Below are positions 62,661 to 64,000 of a DNA stretch of 64,000 nt, piece after piece. The stretch is from the NCBI RefSeq assembly GCF_009834535.1, contig NC_045732.1, positions 20,956,001-21,020,000 on the forward strand, written 5' to 3'. The stretch comes from Camelus ferus (Eukaryota). The notes below the pieces were generated by a model. It did no database searches and had not been told where the DNA came from. It saw only the letters and a program-made list of their open reading frames with translations. Position 1 is the first letter of the stretch. Each line of letters starts with the position of its first letter. A program made the translations under genes and the position numbers.

Positions 62661-64000
62661 CTTGTCATTTTAACATGCTGTTTCTAACAAACTGGAAGAC
62701 TAGATCAAGGCTGGCAGATATTTTACGGGAATACAAGTCAAAATCTGTAGAAGTACAGGCATACAAGAGAACTGATTTCACAGATCATATAAAATAACAA
62801 TAAAAACAAAATGATAGAGCCTCAGGGACTTTTTGTAAGGAACAAGCTCAAAATGGGCCCAAGCACATGACGCAGCATGAGTTAAGACTGGCTATATTAT
62901 TAGCTATTGAAAACCAGCTAATGGGTAGGCAGAGAGCATCCCACACAACGAGAACACGGTCTGGGTCAAGGTAGGGAGGATGCACGAGCAGGAAAGGGAC
63001 AGCCCGGGAGAGTTCGCGCAGGACGGCAACGTAGCAAGGCCAGCAAGTCAGACGGTGGCCAGACGACCTGGCCACACGAGTGCCCGGATACCAAGCCGGA
63101 CCTCACAGTGAGGGAGAGGAGGTTACTAAGGGCCTTCACTGGAGCAGAGCGCTGTCACAGGAGGATACGAAGAAGGGGTTGGGGTGCCAGGGATGAAACA
63201 AGTTCAAACTGAAACTGGGGAAAGCATCCTTCCATTGGCCACCCAGGGCTCCCCTCCAGCGCCAATGCTGTGGAAGGTGCTGGGGAGAGGAAAGGGGAGG
63301 ATGCTCGGCTGCCTCTCCGCTCCCCTAGCCCAGGGAGGTGCAGACCAGTCTGGGCCTGGCTCTGCCACGGACAGAAGTGGCTGGGAGGCAGGAAGGCTGA
63401 ATCCTCAGGTGCTGGCACTGCTGGGCTTGGGAGTACGGGCAGGGCAAAACCAGGAGGAGCAAGTGTCCAAGTGACAAGGGCGCTCGAGCCCGAGGAGCAG
63501 GATGAGTGTGCGAGCCAGGTCAGAGGACCAAGTGGACAGTGAGGATGACAAGTGCTCATTTTGCAAATGTCATCATAACACTTGTAAGCTGCTTCACAGG
63601 GTCCAAACTGCTTCTAAATCCATTCAGTTATGGAACCAGGGACATCAGATGCAATCCTCAGGACACTCTTGAAGGTAGCCTTCCATGCCTGCCCATCCCT
63701 TTCTCCCTAATGTGCAGGTGGGACCAGGAAAGAGTCCCTCTCTGACTTTTCTTTAGAACTCTCCAGTTCTTATCAGATTGGATCTCAGGCTGGGAGGGGA
63801 GGTAAGAATGAAATCAGAAGGAATGTGTTCTCATCATATACAACCAAACAACAAGGACTAGACCATAAGATGTTAAGGTAGAAATAGATGTGTTCAGATA
63901 AGAGACCATCATCCATGCTGGGTTTTTTTCTTTTCCCCAAACCTTATTAAATATTACTGTACATCTGGTTTTCAACTGAAAAGAGGGTGAACAAACAAAA

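Noticed and set aside
46404-64000. Canonical previous exon ([31 protein letters not shown])
   Set aside because: Searched by eye and not found. It is presumably right of the window.

Overview
Mammalian intronic DNA. The window lies inside SH3KBP1 (CIN85/Ruk), transcribed on the minus strand. Five coding exons are resolved to the base with canonical AG/GT ends and continuous frame: 46296-46403, 37431-37482, 34759-34839, 31927-32086 and 18334-18419 (487 nt, human exons 9-13 by my recollection of the numbering). They encode the C-terminal half of the third SH3 domain and the proline-rich region. The flanking exons are outside the window. A tRNA-Ala-derived SINE and a young L1 3' end look camelid, and X linkage is inferred from conserved synteny. 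The rest is ancient MIR, L2, L1M, hAT and MaLR fragments with two N gaps. Repeat families were assigned by eye and their boundaries are approximate unless a TSD or TIR is quoted. I found no evidence of a new gene. The best leads are unannotated-looking minus-strand exon and internal-promoter candidates (2749-2828, 13809-13855, 23967-24150, 44173-44256, 53462-53510) that could yield truncated or NMD-targeted CIN85 isoforms. Pseudo-exons are common in long introns, so these are hypotheses needing RNA-seq, CAGE and conservation support.
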